Shown piece after piece: positions 26,191 through 36,343 of a stretch of DNA of 64,000 nucleotides. The DNA lies in IMG/VR virus record IMGVR_UViG_3300035070_002626, positions 186,001 through 250,000 of that record. The stretch is one strand, 5' to 3'. The notes beneath the pieces were generated by a model. It was not told the origin of the DNA. It did not search any database and worked only from the letters and a program-made list of their open reading frames with translations. Position numbers and translations under genes: made by a program. The number at the start of each line of letters is the position of its first letter. The first letter of the stretch is position 1.

Positions 26191-27405
26191 CTAGTATATT
26201 CCTCCGCCGCCATTGGTCTGTGTTGGAATAGTTGATGGACCGTTTGGGTTTATCGGATCAGCTGGTTTTAATGTTGAAGGACTGTTTTGACTGGTTATTG
26301 CACTCTGTTGACTAGCCTGGTTAGGAAACAAAACGCCTCGTGTTATGCCTGGTAGTTGAGATTTGATTGTGCTTGTTAGCATATCAATTGATTCTGTTTT
26401 GAGTATACTCACTAAATCTTTACCTTTAAATGTTTGATATGCGGTGCCGGCTCCTTGTATTGCTCCAACAACACCAGCAAGATTACCTGCACTTAAATCA
26501 GTCATAATACCCGATGCTGCATCAATAAGTCCACCGTTACCTAGTATGTTTGACGTACTACCTGTGCGAGCTAGCGGGCTTGTAACTGCATCATAATTTC
26601 CTGGATTTGCAAATGATGGTATGCCACCATCTGGTTTACTGCCTGTTAGTGCTCCGTTGTAATATTTAACTGTTTCATACTCAAAAGTAAAAGTATTTTG
26701 CATAATACCGGCATCGTCAGCATAACTGTACGTGTCATGATCAAATGAAGTAATAATTGGATTAATAAGGGTGTAGGCTGCCCATTTGTGCTGATCAAAA
26801 CCAAACACAGTGATATCACGAAAAAACGGTGGTTTGCCGCCTCTGGTGCCATCAGTGTAACTTTCGCCTATGTATCCCCAGTCGTTAATTTCTCTGTCTT
26901 GTGTGTAAATATCTCGATAGTTGTAAGGATATGCTGCACCAGGATCGACCCCTTGTGCATTTTGTCCCAAACTGCCATTGGTAACAGAGGCATCAAAATA
27001 TTTCTGGCTAGCATCTTTGTAATAGTATGCATAATAGTTGTACCACAATGCACGAGATAGGTCGCTGGCATCATCGTGCATTGTACAAACAATAGGATCA
27101 TATTCAATTTGAGTCTGAACCTTGCGTTTTCTATTGTATTGATTCATAGTTTCAACACTAAATTTATAGCTAGGAAGCTTAACTTCTTTGACTAGCAAAC
27201 TTAGGTTGTTTAAATCTTGTGTTTGGAAAACATTTCGTAGTTGAGGTATTTGCTGCACATTCAAATTGAATACAACATGATATAGGAACTTACGCCGCGG
27301 TGCAAGAGCATAACCATCGCTACGAAATGTCTTGCTTGCGTGTGTATAGTCCTTAAGGAAATCGTTACCGAAAAATCCTTTTAAGAAATCTTCACCAAAG
27401 GCCAT
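26191..27405 (-). CDS. Tail-tube-fold protein (baseplate-tube junction/initiator, gp48/gp54-like)
   Basis: LVKEVKLPSYKF, QYNRKR, YDPIVCTMHDD, LINPIITSF, FTFEYE; directly after the tail tube gene. Confidence 0.6.
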   Translation of the reverse strand: MAFGEDFLKGFFGNDFLKDYTHASKTFRSDGYALAPRRKFLYHVVFNLNVQQIPQLRNVFQTQDLNNLSLLVKEVKLPSYKFSVETMNQYNRKRKVQTQIEYDPIVCTMHDDASDLSRALWYNYYAYYYKDASQKYFDASVTNGSLGQNAQGVDPGAAYPYNYRDIYTQDREINDWGYIGESYTDGTRGGKPPFFRDITVFGFDQHKWAAYTLINPIITSFDHDTYSYADDAGIMQNTFTFEYETVKYYNGALTGSKPDGGIPSFANPGNYDAVTSPLARTGSTSNILGNGGLIDAASGIMTDLSAGNLAGVVGAIQGAGTAYQTFKGKDLVSILKTESIDMLTSTIKSQLPGITRGVLFPNQASQQSAITSQNSPSTLKPADPINPNGPSTIPTQTNGGGGIY

Positions 27406-27418
27406 AAGTTACTCCTTA

Positions 27419-28036
27419 TTAGCCGGAAACTACATCACCTAGTGTTCTACCTACGGCTGCACCTACACCGGATCCAATTGGTGTTTGTATAGCATTGTCG
27501 AAACGCATTGTCATACCAATAGTTACTGGCTCATTTGAACCATAGTTTAGATCACCATAGTTTGCTTCAGTAATAAAGCAACCATACATTTCCCATGTTT
27601 CTAGTACAACTGGTTCGCTTGTGCCGTTGCCACCATCGAGAATTTCACAACGTGTAGTGAATTTATAATCAATGCCAGAACTTGCAGAAGCTTGTTCCAT
27701 AAAGTCTAGTTGTTTCTGTAGCTGTTCGCCAATTAGTTTGCTTACGTTTCCGCCAGCATCGTCACGGAAGTTAGCACTTGTTGTAGCCCAAGTATGCTTG
27801 CCAGCTAGGTACATTCTACTGTTGTAGATCTCAATTGGAATTTCTTCAAAAGACACACTAGGACGAGTGAAATCCATTACTTGCTTGGTTAGCTCTGTTC
27901 TTGGGGTTGATACACCTAAGTTTTCAAATACCACTCTAAATCGGTATTTTAGTTTAGGCATTAACAGTCCCTGTGTCGGACTACTCTGGTCACTAGCCAA
28001 AGGCACTGTCATTCTTGATAGCGATGATACGGCCAT
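27419..28036 (-). CDS. gp19: Tail tube protein
   Basis: KYRFRV, RPSVSFEEI, YLAGKHTW, WEMYGCF, YGDLNY, MRFDNA; follows the sheath; own TAAATA (28060-65) and AGGAG. Confidence 0.85.
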   Translation of the reverse strand: MAVSSLSRMTVPLASDQSSPTQGLLMPKLKYRFRVVFENLGVSTPRTELTKQVMDFTRPSVSFEEIPIEIYNSRMYLAGKHTWATTSANFRDDAGGNVSKLIGEQLQKQLDFMEQASASSGIDYKFTTRCEILDGGNGTSEPVVLETWEMYGCFITEANYGDLNYGSNEPVTIGMTMRFDNAIQTPIGSGVGAAVGRTLGDVVSG

Positions 28037-28124
28037 TCTTTATTCTCCTATTACGTACTTATTTATCTTAATTATGTCACAAGAAAATGGAACCGAGGCT
28101 CCATTTTCATGTATTTTAATAGTA

Positions 28125-31100
28125 TTAAACAGCCGATGAAGATGCTACATTACCAGCAGCAATCTCGCCTGTGTTCTTGATTCTAACCGGAATGTAGATA
28201 AACTCAACAGCTTTAACCGGCTCAATTGCAACATCAACGTATAGTTCGTTTCTGTCAATTCTAGCTGGCGTGTTGTTTGATTCATCACAAACTACCAAGT
28301 AATCATAAAGACCACGTTTTGCAACCAAGTCGATCATCAAGCTTTCAATTGAGTTCTTGATTTCGTCTCTTGTGAGTTTATCATTTGGTTCAAACACAAA
28401 GCCTTTAGCAATAACTTCAAGTCTACCACGGATAAACGCTACTAGTCTTGCAACGTTAATTCTATCTAGTGCAGTCTCACTAGATGTTGTCTTGTTACCA
28501 TAGTTAAGTATCCCGCTACCCGGAATGAACGTAATTGGGTTAATGTTGTTCTCGTATAGTGTATCACGTAATCCTTGGCGAATTGCTGTTTGTGTAAATG
28601 CGCCTGTTTGTGCATTTACATAACCAAGTGCATTAGCGTTATCAACTGTGCCTCTACGAGTGCCAGCTGGTGCTAACCAAGGATATGCAACATCATCGCT
28701 GCGAACAACTGTGCGTAACATCATGTGCGACGAAGGAGCAACTACTACTTGACCGCTTAGGTCAGTTGTTTGACAACTTGGATAAAACACACCGTAATAT
28801 GGATCTGCTACAGACAACCCGTCGCCATTTGCATTAGTTGCCCAATTAACAATATCTGTACTATTATCTGCTAGACGCATCGGAGTGTCGCCAATGACAA
28901 ATGCTGTGTTGTTACGCTCGTTGTTTAGTGCAATCATATTGCTTGCAAGTTCTTCGTAGTTTGGACATGCAATCAAATTATACTGTCTTTGCTCTTCACG
29001 AAGTTCTTGTGCACCATCAATGCTAGATTTTAATGCAGCAACAACCATTGCTCTTACTGCTTTGCGACCTGCATACATAGAACCATCTGATTGGTTACCA
29101 CTGGCTGTTACCCAAGCGGCTGTCTCAGTTGGTAGTACATCATTTGGGAAATCAGAGTAATTAAAGTAATTAACTTCGTAGCTCTTAACATTAAAGCCAC
29201 TACGTCTGGTATTCCAAAGCAACATGCCTTCCGGATATAGTGTAGCATCCGGTGCATCAATGTCAAGATAGTCGCTTGTTAGCAAGCTCTTGATTGTTGG
29301 GATAGCATCTGTGATTGGATCAGTTGTGCCATTTGTTGCCCAACGTGCGTCCAAGAATGCAATACCATTTTGTGTTGTTTGGTCAGTGTTATCAAGTAGT
29401 ACCCACTGATCCACAGCGTTAACTGACTGCCAACGATATATTGTTGGGTAGTTGTCTAGGTCTGCGGTCGAAACCCACAAGTCACCATATACTAATGCAC
29501 TGTCGTCACTTTGTTTTGTTGGTGCAGTTACAGAAACAATTGGACCGTTTGGCGAACATGCACTTAGGTTGTAACCACGTTGATCGCTTGAAACATTTTG
29601 ATAACCTTTCCAAGCGCCGCCACTGTTAACTAGGATGTCAACTTGGTCTATTGCGCTGTAATACCAGTTTGTACCATCTACTGGATCAGTGCTTGGCGGT
29701 GTTGCATTTGCTGTATAGCTGTTAACACTTCCACCAAGTGGTTCCCATCCGCTTAGTAAAATGTCACTGTTGTTGCCAGCAGTTACACCTTGTACAGTAG
29801 TAATAAAGCCGGCATTATTTACCGGAGTACCTGTTGTATCTTTAAGAGTGATATTTCCGCCCAATGTATGTTCAATTTGAACTGCGCCAGTTGACAATAC
29901 TCTTGCAGTGGTGTTTGGAACATTGGCTGCAAGGAATGCTGTTACAAAATCTGTTGCAGTAGTACCACCTAGTGTTGCTGTTACTGCGGTAGTCATTGTT
30001 GTACTATTAGCAGCACTGGCTTGAATAGTAAACTGATCTGCACTAATAAAAAATGGAGATGTGTCATCACCAGTAATCAATGTTGCACCAGTGGAATAAC
30101 GTTCAAACACTTTGTAAGTAAATGTATTGTTTTCTTGTACATCATTTCTTACATATAGTGCGCCGATTGCAATATTTTTTCCGCCGCCTGATGGGTCAAG
30201 AGCTTTTTGTGCTGCTTGATCACTTGCATACACCGGAGTGTTTTGTGTAATAAATGTATCTGTTGCAATGTCGTATTTTCTAACAACAATATTAGCGCCA
30301 GCATTAACGTTTGTCGTTTTTGCCCAGACACTTCCTGTTGGGTGTGGTTCTGCACCTGTTGCAGCCCAGCTTGGGTTTTGATAGTGCGGCGACATTTGTA
30401 GCACAGGAGCATAATACTGGCGGGCTGTGATGCCTAGCTCAGTAAGCAACGTTGTGCTATTGCCATTTTCCACCATACAGATACCGTTGCCGTCATCTGT
30501 AGATCCGTCATTGGAGCCGTTACTGTCAATGTAAATATTTAACTTACCATTGGATACGTTGGCACTAATACCTGCAATGGCTGCGTTATTGATATCGGTT
30601 GCTAATTGGGCAACAGTTGTGCCACTTAGCGTAACTTGAACATCGTTAAGATAAATGCTTTGGGCAGTTGTAAGTGTTGGGTTAGTTGTTGTGCTTGTAA
30701 TTGAAGGCCAACTGTTTTTCCAGTCATCACTGCCGACTAGCACCCAAGTGTTAGCTACTACTGCTGGGCTACTGTCTGCGTTGCCGGCAGTTTTATAATA
30801 CACTGGGTTGTTTTTATTAGTTGCTACAACTGCATAATCTCCGATGCTGCCAATTGAATCAAGAGGTATACCGGCTGCAAGGTCGCTTGTGTTAGTAATA
30901 ACAATCGGAGTTTTAGCTGTAAATGTTTCAGTAGATTCGCTCCACTGGAATGCACCCCATGCTGTTGTGCCAGTGTCTAGCCAATATGCACCATCTGATG
31001 GATCACCTGTTGGGCGTGTTGTTGTTGCTGTTAATGCAGCCAGGTCAATGTCTGCTCTTTGTACATACGCTCTATTACTGATACCCAAAACTGAGTATGC

Positions 31101-31388
31101 AGCAAGCAATCCATATTCGTTAAGTTCGTATCCGTTAATACTTGTTCCAGCACTTGTGCTGTAGAAAAACGGTGTACCAAATGTTGCTGCTAGATCTCGT
31201 TGTGAAGTGATCAAGTAAGGTTTGTTTGCATTTGCTGCTGTGGTGCCGGCTGCTACGCCAACACCTGCTCCGCTTACTTTATTCTGTGCTGTTGCAACAA
31301 GAATAAACGGAACTGAATTAGTTGGGGCTGGAAGATAGTTACTTTCGTCGATGATTGTAACTTCTACGCCTGGAGATGTTAGTGCCAT
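28125..31388 (-). CDS. gp18: Contractile tail sheath protein (1087 aa, with large insertion)
   Basis: MALTSPGVEVTIIDES, FGTP, AYPWLAPAGTRRG, LYENNINPI, LDRINVARL, FEPND, IYIP. Confidence 0.93.
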   Translation of the reverse strand: MALTSPGVEVTIIDESNYLPAPTNSVPFILVATAQNKVSGAGVGVAAGTTAANANKPYLITSQRDLAATFGTPFFYSTSAGTSINGYELNEYGLLAAYSVLGISNRAYVQRADIDLAALTATTTRPTGDPSDGAYWLDTGTTAWGAFQWSESTETFTAKTPIVITNTSDLAAGIPLDSIGSIGDYAVVATNKNNPVYYKTAGNADSSPAVVANTWVLVGSDDWKNSWPSITSTTTNPTLTTAQSIYLNDVQVTLSGTTVAQLATDINNAAIAGISANVSNGKLNIYIDSNGSNDGSTDDGNGICMVENGNSTTLLTELGITARQYYAPVLQMSPHYQNPSWAATGAEPHPTGSVWAKTTNVNAGANIVVRKYDIATDTFITQNTPVYASDQAAQKALDPSGGGKNIAIGALYVRNDVQENNTFTYKVFERYSTGATLITGDDTSPFFISADQFTIQASAANSTTMTTAVTATLGGTTATDFVTAFLAANVPNTTARVLSTGAVQIEHTLGGNITLKDTTGTPVNNAGFITTVQGVTAGNNSDILLSGWEPLGGSVNSYTANATPPSTDPVDGTNWYYSAIDQVDILVNSGGAWKGYQNVSSDQRGYNLSACSPNGPIVSVTAPTKQSDDSALVYGDLWVSTADLDNYPTIYRWQSVNAVDQWVLLDNTDQTTQNGIAFLDARWATNGTTDPITDAIPTIKSLLTSDYLDIDAPDATLYPEGMLLWNTRRSGFNVKSYEVNYFNYSDFPNDVLPTETAAWVTASGNQSDGSMYAGRKAVRAMVVAALKSSIDGAQELREEQRQYNLIACPNYEELASNMIALNNERNNTAFVIGDTPMRLADNSTDIVNWATNANGDGLSVADPYYGVFYPSCQTTDLSGQVVVAPSSHMMLRTVVRSDDVAYPWLAPAGTRRGTVDNANALGYVNAQTGAFTQTAIRQGLRDTLYENNINPITFIPGSGILNYGNKTTSSETALDRINVARLVAFIRGRLEVIAKGFVFEPNDKLTRDEIKNSIESLMIDLVAKRGLYDYLVVCDESNNTPARIDRNELYVDVAIEPVKAVEFIYIPVRIKNTGEIAAGNVASSSAV

Positions 31389-31424
31389 GTTAATTGCTTC
31401 CTTTGTAAAAGTATTCGCTAATGA

Positions 31425-31489
31425 TATTTATAAAAATATACGAATTCCAGCTCCTTAGAGTGCCCTTTGCAAAGGTTTTAATATAAATA
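31425..31489. promoter_or_regulatory. Divergent late promoters (sheath on minus; TATAAATA on plus for 31495)
   Basis: Minus TAAATA at 31425-30; plus perfect T4 late consensus TATAAATA at 31482-89, 5 nt before ATG. Confidence 0.7.
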
Positions 31490-31494
31490 ATTGC

Positions 31495-31839
31495 ATGAAT
31501 AGACCTATATGCGCCGCATGCAACCGACGATTAGTTGCTGTTAACTATAAAAAAGAAGGCAAAACACATTATCGCACAAGATGCGATAATTGCACAAGAA
31601 GAAATCGTCGCAAAAAAACGCCTGTGCCCAGGTGGCAACAGAACGGATTTAAAAAAAGTACAACATGTGATCGTTGTGGATTTAATGCTGTTAGTGGAGC
31701 ACAGATTCTAGTATATCATATGGATGGTAATCTAAACAATAGCAACCTTGCTAATTTGAGATGTGTTTGTTTAAACTGCACAGTTGAAATTAATAGATTA
31801 GATTTACCATGGAAGGTTGGAGATCTAGTAGCAGATTAA
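31495..31839 (+). CDS. Zinc-binding HNH-like protein
   Basis: Four CxxC pairs; YHMDGNLNNSNLANLRCVCLNC resembles an HNH core whose last His is absent. Confidence 0.6.
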   Translation: MNRPICAACNRRLVAVNYKKEGKTHYRTRCDNCTRRNRRKKTPVPRWQQNGFKKSTTCDRCGFNAVSGAQILVYHMDGNLNNSNLANLRCVCLNCTVEINRLDLPWKVGDLVAD

Positions 31840-31840
31840 A

Positions 31841-32347
31841 TCACTGACTCATTAAGTGCAACATTAACTGATCTAGATTAAACTTTAAATCTTCTAGTGT
31901 GCCATTATTATCGATTGTAAAGTCAGCCATCCATTGTTCTAAACTCATTGAGTCTCTTGATTCAGGCATTAGGTATTTGCTACGATCAACCCAAATACAG
32001 TAATCAAACACACCAGTGTTTTTCATTGCAAAGAATTCACGTTTGTTGCGTAGCCCACAATAGATATCATACGCAGCAAACATTTCTCTTCCTAGAGTCG
32101 CTGCATCAGGAACATTATAATTGCAGATAGCATCATACCATTCTGCTCTGTGATTATGCCTGTCAGCATAGCACTCTTCTTCATCAGCATATCCATACTT
32201 GTCCTTTAGATCATTGTATATAAAATGTTTACTACAAAATTTCGAGCTCGATTCAAATGTATATCCATAATCGTCGCGAAGAATTTCGCATACAGTATCT
32301 TTACCGTGTCTACCGTGACCTATTACTAATAGTTTAAACTTGCTCAT
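31841..32347 (-). CDS. Deoxynucleoside monophosphate kinase-like P-loop protein
   Basis: VIGHGRHGKDT, GLRNKREF, ADFTIDNNGTLEDL. Confidence 0.7.
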   Translation of the reverse strand: MSKFKLLVIGHGRHGKDTVCEILRDDYGYTFESSSKFCSKHFIYNDLKDKYGYADEEECYADRHNHRAEWYDAICNYNVPDAATLGREMFAAYDIYCGLRNKREFFAMKNTGVFDYCIWVDRSKYLMPESRDSMSLEQWMADFTIDNNGTLEDLKFNLDQLMLHLMSQ

Positions 32348-32949
32348 ATTAACTTTAATTCCACTGTCCTATGTTTTTTACTTTGTGCAATTACATCAAC
32401 AATTTCATAATCTATCCCAATGCTGTTAAACGTATCTTGCCCGTTGCGCAAATCAAAAATTAATCTTGTGTTTTTGTTGCTGTGCTTGCGAATAAAGTTA
32501 GTGTAGGTACTCATTGGATAGTGTGCACCACAACTTTTAAAACTAAAGATTAAATCAAATATTGTAGACTTCTTTAGTTTACTACAGTTTTCAGGAGTAA
32601 GGTGTGTTCTTTGTAACTCTAGTCTATCCCATTCGGCATTTAGTTCAGCTTTGCTATGATAGTAAACAAAATTATCAGCTTGTCCAAACTTTGCGTCCCG
32701 AGATTGTTCTTTGTTGTTTTTCTCACTAACACCTTCGATTAGATAAACTTCAGTTCCGTATGCTTGTTGAAACCAAAAACTGTCGTATGCTTGGCCACAA
32801 CCAATTTCGCAACTAATATCAACTGCCTGATTGAGATATTGATCAACTATGTTCCATTGCAAACGTTTACTGTCGTTGTATTCTTTGGTTTCCCAGAGTT
32901 CCATCCAAGATTGATCGTTGGTTCCGTTTACAATTGGTATCTGTGTCAT
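32344..32949 (-). CDS. Class I SAM-dependent methyltransferase
   Basis: SCEIGCGQ motif I, YLIEG, FDLIFSFKSCGAH. Confidence 0.6.
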   Translation of the reverse strand: MTQIPIVNGTNDQSWMELWETKEYNDSKRLQWNIVDQYLNQAVDISCEIGCGQAYDSFWFQQAYGTEVYLIEGVSEKNNKEQSRDAKFGQADNFVYYHSKAELNAEWDRLELQRTHLTPENCSKLKKSTIFDLIFSFKSCGAHYPMSTYTNFIRKHSNKNTRLIFDLRNGQDTFNSIGIDYEIVDVIAQSKKHRTVELKLI

Positions 32950-33470
32950 CGTAATTTTTTAACTCCAAGGTGTGCTAGTGTTTGCTGTAGTAAATCAATT
33001 TGCCGTTTGCAATCTTCTAGTGCATGATGGCTTGCTTTAGGTTTAGGCAAGTCTGGATACAAACTATATACCGTTCTTGCATCACGAACACGCCAAAACT
33101 GCCACGGGAGTTGCATGCCATAGCTCTTGTATGCATGTTCTAGTATGTTCATATCAAACGTTGGTCCGTTTGCCCATATAAGATTACAATGAAAAATAAT
33201 TTTACTCAACTCTTCTAGTGACTGTTTAAGAGGGATGCGGCCTTCTTCACCGAATGCTTCTGCTTGTGCTTCGGCTGGCTGAGTTGCCCACCAAGCAACT
33301 GTAGCATCATCAACATCTCTGTCAGGCTGACTGTCGACATCAATCCTTGCATAATAATCTTGTGGGAGATACCCTGACCCAGCTGGATCAAATGTTTGGG
33401 CTGCGATTGTAAGCACACAGGCGTTAGGGCCTGTACCTACAGTTTCAATATCAATCATTATATCTGTCAT
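32946..33470 (-). CDS. DEDDh 3'-5' exonuclease (Rv2179c-like exoribonuclease family)
   Basis: MIDIET, TVAWW, WANGPTFD, RVRDART, HHALED. Confidence 0.85.
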   Translation of the reverse strand: MTDIMIDIETVGTGPNACVLTIAAQTFDPAGSGYLPQDYYARIDVDSQPDRDVDDATVAWWATQPAEAQAEAFGEEGRIPLKQSLEELSKIIFHCNLIWANGPTFDMNILEHAYKSYGMQLPWQFWRVRDARTVYSLYPDLPKPKASHHALEDCKRQIDLLQQTLAHLGVKKLR

Positions 33471-33476
33471 AATTTT

Positions 33477-33504
33477 AGTATAACAGATTTAACACTGTTG
33501 TCAA
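33477..33504 (-). promoter_or_regulatory. Sigma-70 promoter with extended -10, probably producing a leaderless mRNA
   Basis: TTGACA-N16-TATACT preceded by TGt; ATG 33470 starts 6 nt after the -10 box. Confidence 0.7.
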
Positions 33505-33882
33505 CTATTTTTTTGGTTTAACTGTTTTTTTAGTTCCAGTTGTGCCTTTAAGGCTACTCTTAGGCGGCTTGTATGCTTTTTGAACTTTGCCGCCGCTAGT
33601 AACACTAGACTTGCGCATCTTGTTGAGCATGCTTAATAACTTGCTTGCCGGATTTACACGTTTAGTCTTCTTGGCTTTGCGAGCTGCTTGAGCACTCTTG
33701 GTCTTGCGAGTCTTCTTCATTTGAGCTCGCTTGGCTTGATCAATCGGAGCATCGCAATCTTTTGCATTGCTAACAACACGACCGTTTCGTGGGCCGCTAG
33801 TACAACGCCATTTGGTTTTCAGTTTGTTACCTGTACGACTAAAAACCATTTCGTGTTCGGTGATAAATTCTTCTGCTCTCAT
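33505..33882 (-). CDS. Highly basic Lys/Arg-rich protein with capsid-targeting-like N-terminus
   Basis: Start reassigned to MRAEEFITE/H (TAATG overlap with the gp13 stop); K-rich tail. Confidence 0.65.
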   Translation of the reverse strand: MRAEEFITEHEMVFSRTGNKLKTKWRCTSGPRNGRVVSNAKDCDAPIDQAKRAQMKKTRKTKSAQAARKAKKTKRVNPASKLLSMLNKMRKSSVTSGGKVQKAYKPPKSSLKGTTGTKKTVKPKK

Positions 33883-34655
33883 TATCCAATTACCCAAGTA
33901 AGAGGCTGTGAGCCGTCAACATAGTTTTTAAGCTCTTCAATTTTTTCAGCCATGATAGCAGATCCCTCGGCTTTCATCTGTGCACCGTTTAGTGCAGTGC
34001 CGCCTTGTGGACCTGCAATAGTAGCAAACTTTTCTCTAGCTTCGCCGATCATTAATTTACAATTGCCAATCATATAATCCTTTATCCATTGCGAGATAGA
34101 AAAATCACTGAGTAGTTGTGCTTCGGGACGCAGATTGTAACACCAAAGTAATACAACTTCTCCACTGCCTTTGATATCACGCATTAGTGTTATCTCTTTA
34201 GATGCACTATTGTAAGTGTAATTCAAAAATCCACCAAACATCTTAGCAGTAAGCTCAACATACTGGCTATAAAAATCATAGGTAGCAAGTCCGCCCATGG
34301 TGTTACCATTTAACAAATATGTGTTAAGTGCAGCTGAACTAAATGGTTCGAACGCACTGCCTTCTCCGCCGTTGTCCCAACCAATGGTTCTTCTGAACAC
34401 TTGTCTAACAGTTTGTATTTCGCTGGGCAAGGTATAAACATTTACACCATCCTGTAATTTTAGAAAGTTGTAGCTTTCCTCAAACGCATTTTCGGCTCGT
34501 TGGCGATATGTGCCGATAGCTCGCTGATACGATGCTTCGTAGTGCTCTGCATCAAGTTCTAAGTCAATCATCCCGTCGCCAAGTTGAAGCTTTACATAGT
34601 CAATTGTTTGCTGCTTGAGCGTTTCAAGAGTTTGATTAAGTGTTACTGTTGCCAT
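33882..34655 (-). CDS. gp13: Neck protein (gp13-like)
   Basis: YVKLQLG, IDLELD, GLATY, WIKDY, GEAREKFATIAGPQGGTALNG, ending W.IG; TAAATA at 34678-83. Confidence 0.8.
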   Translation of the reverse strand: MATVTLNQTLETLKQQTIDYVKLQLGDGMIDLELDAEHYEASYQRAIGTYRQRAENAFEESYNFLKLQDGVNVYTLPSEIQTVRQVFRRTIGWDNGGEGSAFEPFSSAALNTYLLNGNTMGGLATYDFYSQYVELTAKMFGGFLNYTYNSASKEITLMRDIKGSGEVVLLWCYNLRPEAQLLSDFSISQWIKDYMIGNCKLMIGEAREKFATIAGPQGGTALNGAQMKAEGSAIMAEKIEELKNYVDGSQPLTWVIG

Positions 34656-34689
34656 TTATACTGCCGTCCTTATACAGTATTTAGCATTA

Positions 34690-35946
34690 TCACCAAGCCT
34701 TGAGTATTACTACATGATCATTTCCTCGACCGTTGTACTTTACTTCAGTAGCTTTGATGTCTTGAAAAATCTTACGACAAGCAGGTTTACCGCCCTTTAA
34801 GAATGCTTTAAGTTGTTCTGCTGGTTTGCGCAACGTTTTACTCACACTCTTACTAGGATCATACCCAATAACTGTATTGCTCTTAATAGTATACGTTTGA
34901 GTCATATCGTCTGCAATAAGATGTATCAACTTTCGTGTTGATGTATTGTACAGCCAAGCTTCGCTACCATTTACTAGTTTTTCTGCACTAACACTGGTTA
35001 ACTTTAGATCTGCAAACTCTTTAAGATACTTGAACTTGCGTACAATTTGTGCTGGCGTCTTTTGCTTGATTGCACGTGGCTTGCGTTCTACTTTTTTAAC
35101 TTGTACATAACTTGCACAGTCGGCAATTGCTTTTTCAAGAAACTTGTGTATTGCACGAATTTGTAGTTTTCCTAAATGTGCATATCCTTCTTTGAGCTGT
35201 TCGTGCATGTCTTTTTCGTGTTCGCTCATTTTCTTTAGTTTTGCAGGTGTAGGTGTATTCATCAACTCTGTTAACTCAGATAGCTGATTTTTAAGTGGCT
35301 CCGAAATTATATCAATTGTCTGCGGTGGGCAACTTTTGCTTCTTAGCAAACTCATAACTGAGAACTTTTCAGGATTTTTGTATTCACTAGCAGCAAATTC
35401 ATCAAAAAGTTCATCAATTTCTCCACCAATTTCCATGGTTTTATCTCGCATGTTTTCTTGTACCGTGCGGCGGGCAGTTTCTGGTTTAACAACTTCGTCC
35501 TCTTCGTCCAGGCCCGATGTATCAATTTTAGAAAGTGCTTCGTCAATTTTTTTGCGTATAAAAATCGAGATTGGTTGCAGGTCTCCAACAGTCCCGGGTA
35601 ACGTTTGCCAATATGCATTGTGTTCTGGATGCAAATCAGGCATACCGTTACGCAAACATCTTGTGTAGATTCCAATTAGCACAAGACCAACAGAACCGTG
35701 TTTGCGCATACGTTTAATATCGTTGTTGTTGTAGCCAGAATCTTTCATCCATTCAATTAGGTCAGGAAAAACATCTGCTGCTTTTTTATCTGCATAGTAA
35801 GAATCAAACACACGACGGCGATATTTGTGATATGCAGCACCGCTCATTTTTAGTGCATCATCCCATGCTGCATCTACTTTGCTACGCTTTCTACGAGCCA
35901 CTGGTGCTTTCTTTGGAGGAAGTTTAATACCTGCTACTTTTGCCAT
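34690..35946 (-). CDS. Large hypothetical early protein
   Basis: 418 aa; C-terminal GSEAWLYNTSTRKL...SKTLRKP resembles a conserved uncharacterised family of T4-like phages (from memory); strong promoter and AGGAG SD. Confidence 0.7.
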   Translation of the reverse strand: MAKVAGIKLPPKKAPVARRKRSKVDAAWDDALKMSGAAYHKYRRRVFDSYYADKKAADVFPDLIEWMKDSGYNNNDIKRMRKHGSVGLVLIGIYTRCLRNGMPDLHPEHNAYWQTLPGTVGDLQPISIFIRKKIDEALSKIDTSGLDEEDEVVKPETARRTVQENMRDKTMEIGGEIDELFDEFAASEYKNPEKFSVMSLLRSKSCPPQTIDIISEPLKNQLSELTELMNTPTPAKLKKMSEHEKDMHEQLKEGYAHLGKLQIRAIHKFLEKAIADCASYVQVKKVERKPRAIKQKTPAQIVRKFKYLKEFADLKLTSVSAEKLVNGSEAWLYNTSTRKLIHLIADDMTQTYTIKSNTVIGYDPSKSVSKTLRKPAEQLKAFLKGGKPACRKIFQDIKATEVKYNGRGNDHVVILKAW

Positions 35947-35970
35947 TGTTTATCTCCTATCAACAATTTT

Positions 35971-35998
35971 ATTATAGCACAACTAGTCTACGTGTCAA
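35971..35998 (-). promoter_or_regulatory. Consensus sigma-70 early promoter
   Basis: TTGACA-N16-TATAAT with TGc extension. Confidence 0.85.
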
Positions 35999-36032
35999 CC
36001 TAATCTTTTTTTGTTCTAATACAAGAAAACGG

Positions 36033-36061
36033 TTGACATTGTGATATGTTAATGCTATATT
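36033..36061 (+). promoter_or_regulatory. Sigma-70 early promoter
   Basis: TTGACA-N17-TATATT with TGc extension; A/T-rich UP-like tract upstream. Confidence 0.8.
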
Positions 36062-36079
36062 ATATATAAGTTAGCAAGC

Positions 36080-36343
36080 ATGGAGCATACAATGTTTAGA
36101 ATTCCTAGTTTTTATAAGTTTGATACTTCCTTTGAAGATGCTAAAACAACAATCTCCTGTTACGGACGTGGTGATTTACTCGAAGGAATGCAAGCAATGA
36201 ATCGTGTGTGGGACGAACATTGCGCTAGTTACACAAGTGACAATGCTCGATTTGATGATGATTCAGATTTTTACGAATTCTACGAAGCAGAAGTAAATGC
36301 TTACAACAAAGTTTACGAAACAATGCAACCACTTTTTGCGTAA
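36080..36343 (+). CDS. Small early hypothetical protein
   Basis: ORF after the early promoter; the true start may be the second Met (MFRIP), which follows GGAG. Confidence 0.65.
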   Translation: MEHTMFRIPSFYKFDTSFEDAKTTISCYGRGDLLEGMQAMNRVWDEHCASYTSDNARFDDDSDFYEFYEAEVNAYNKVYETMQPLFA

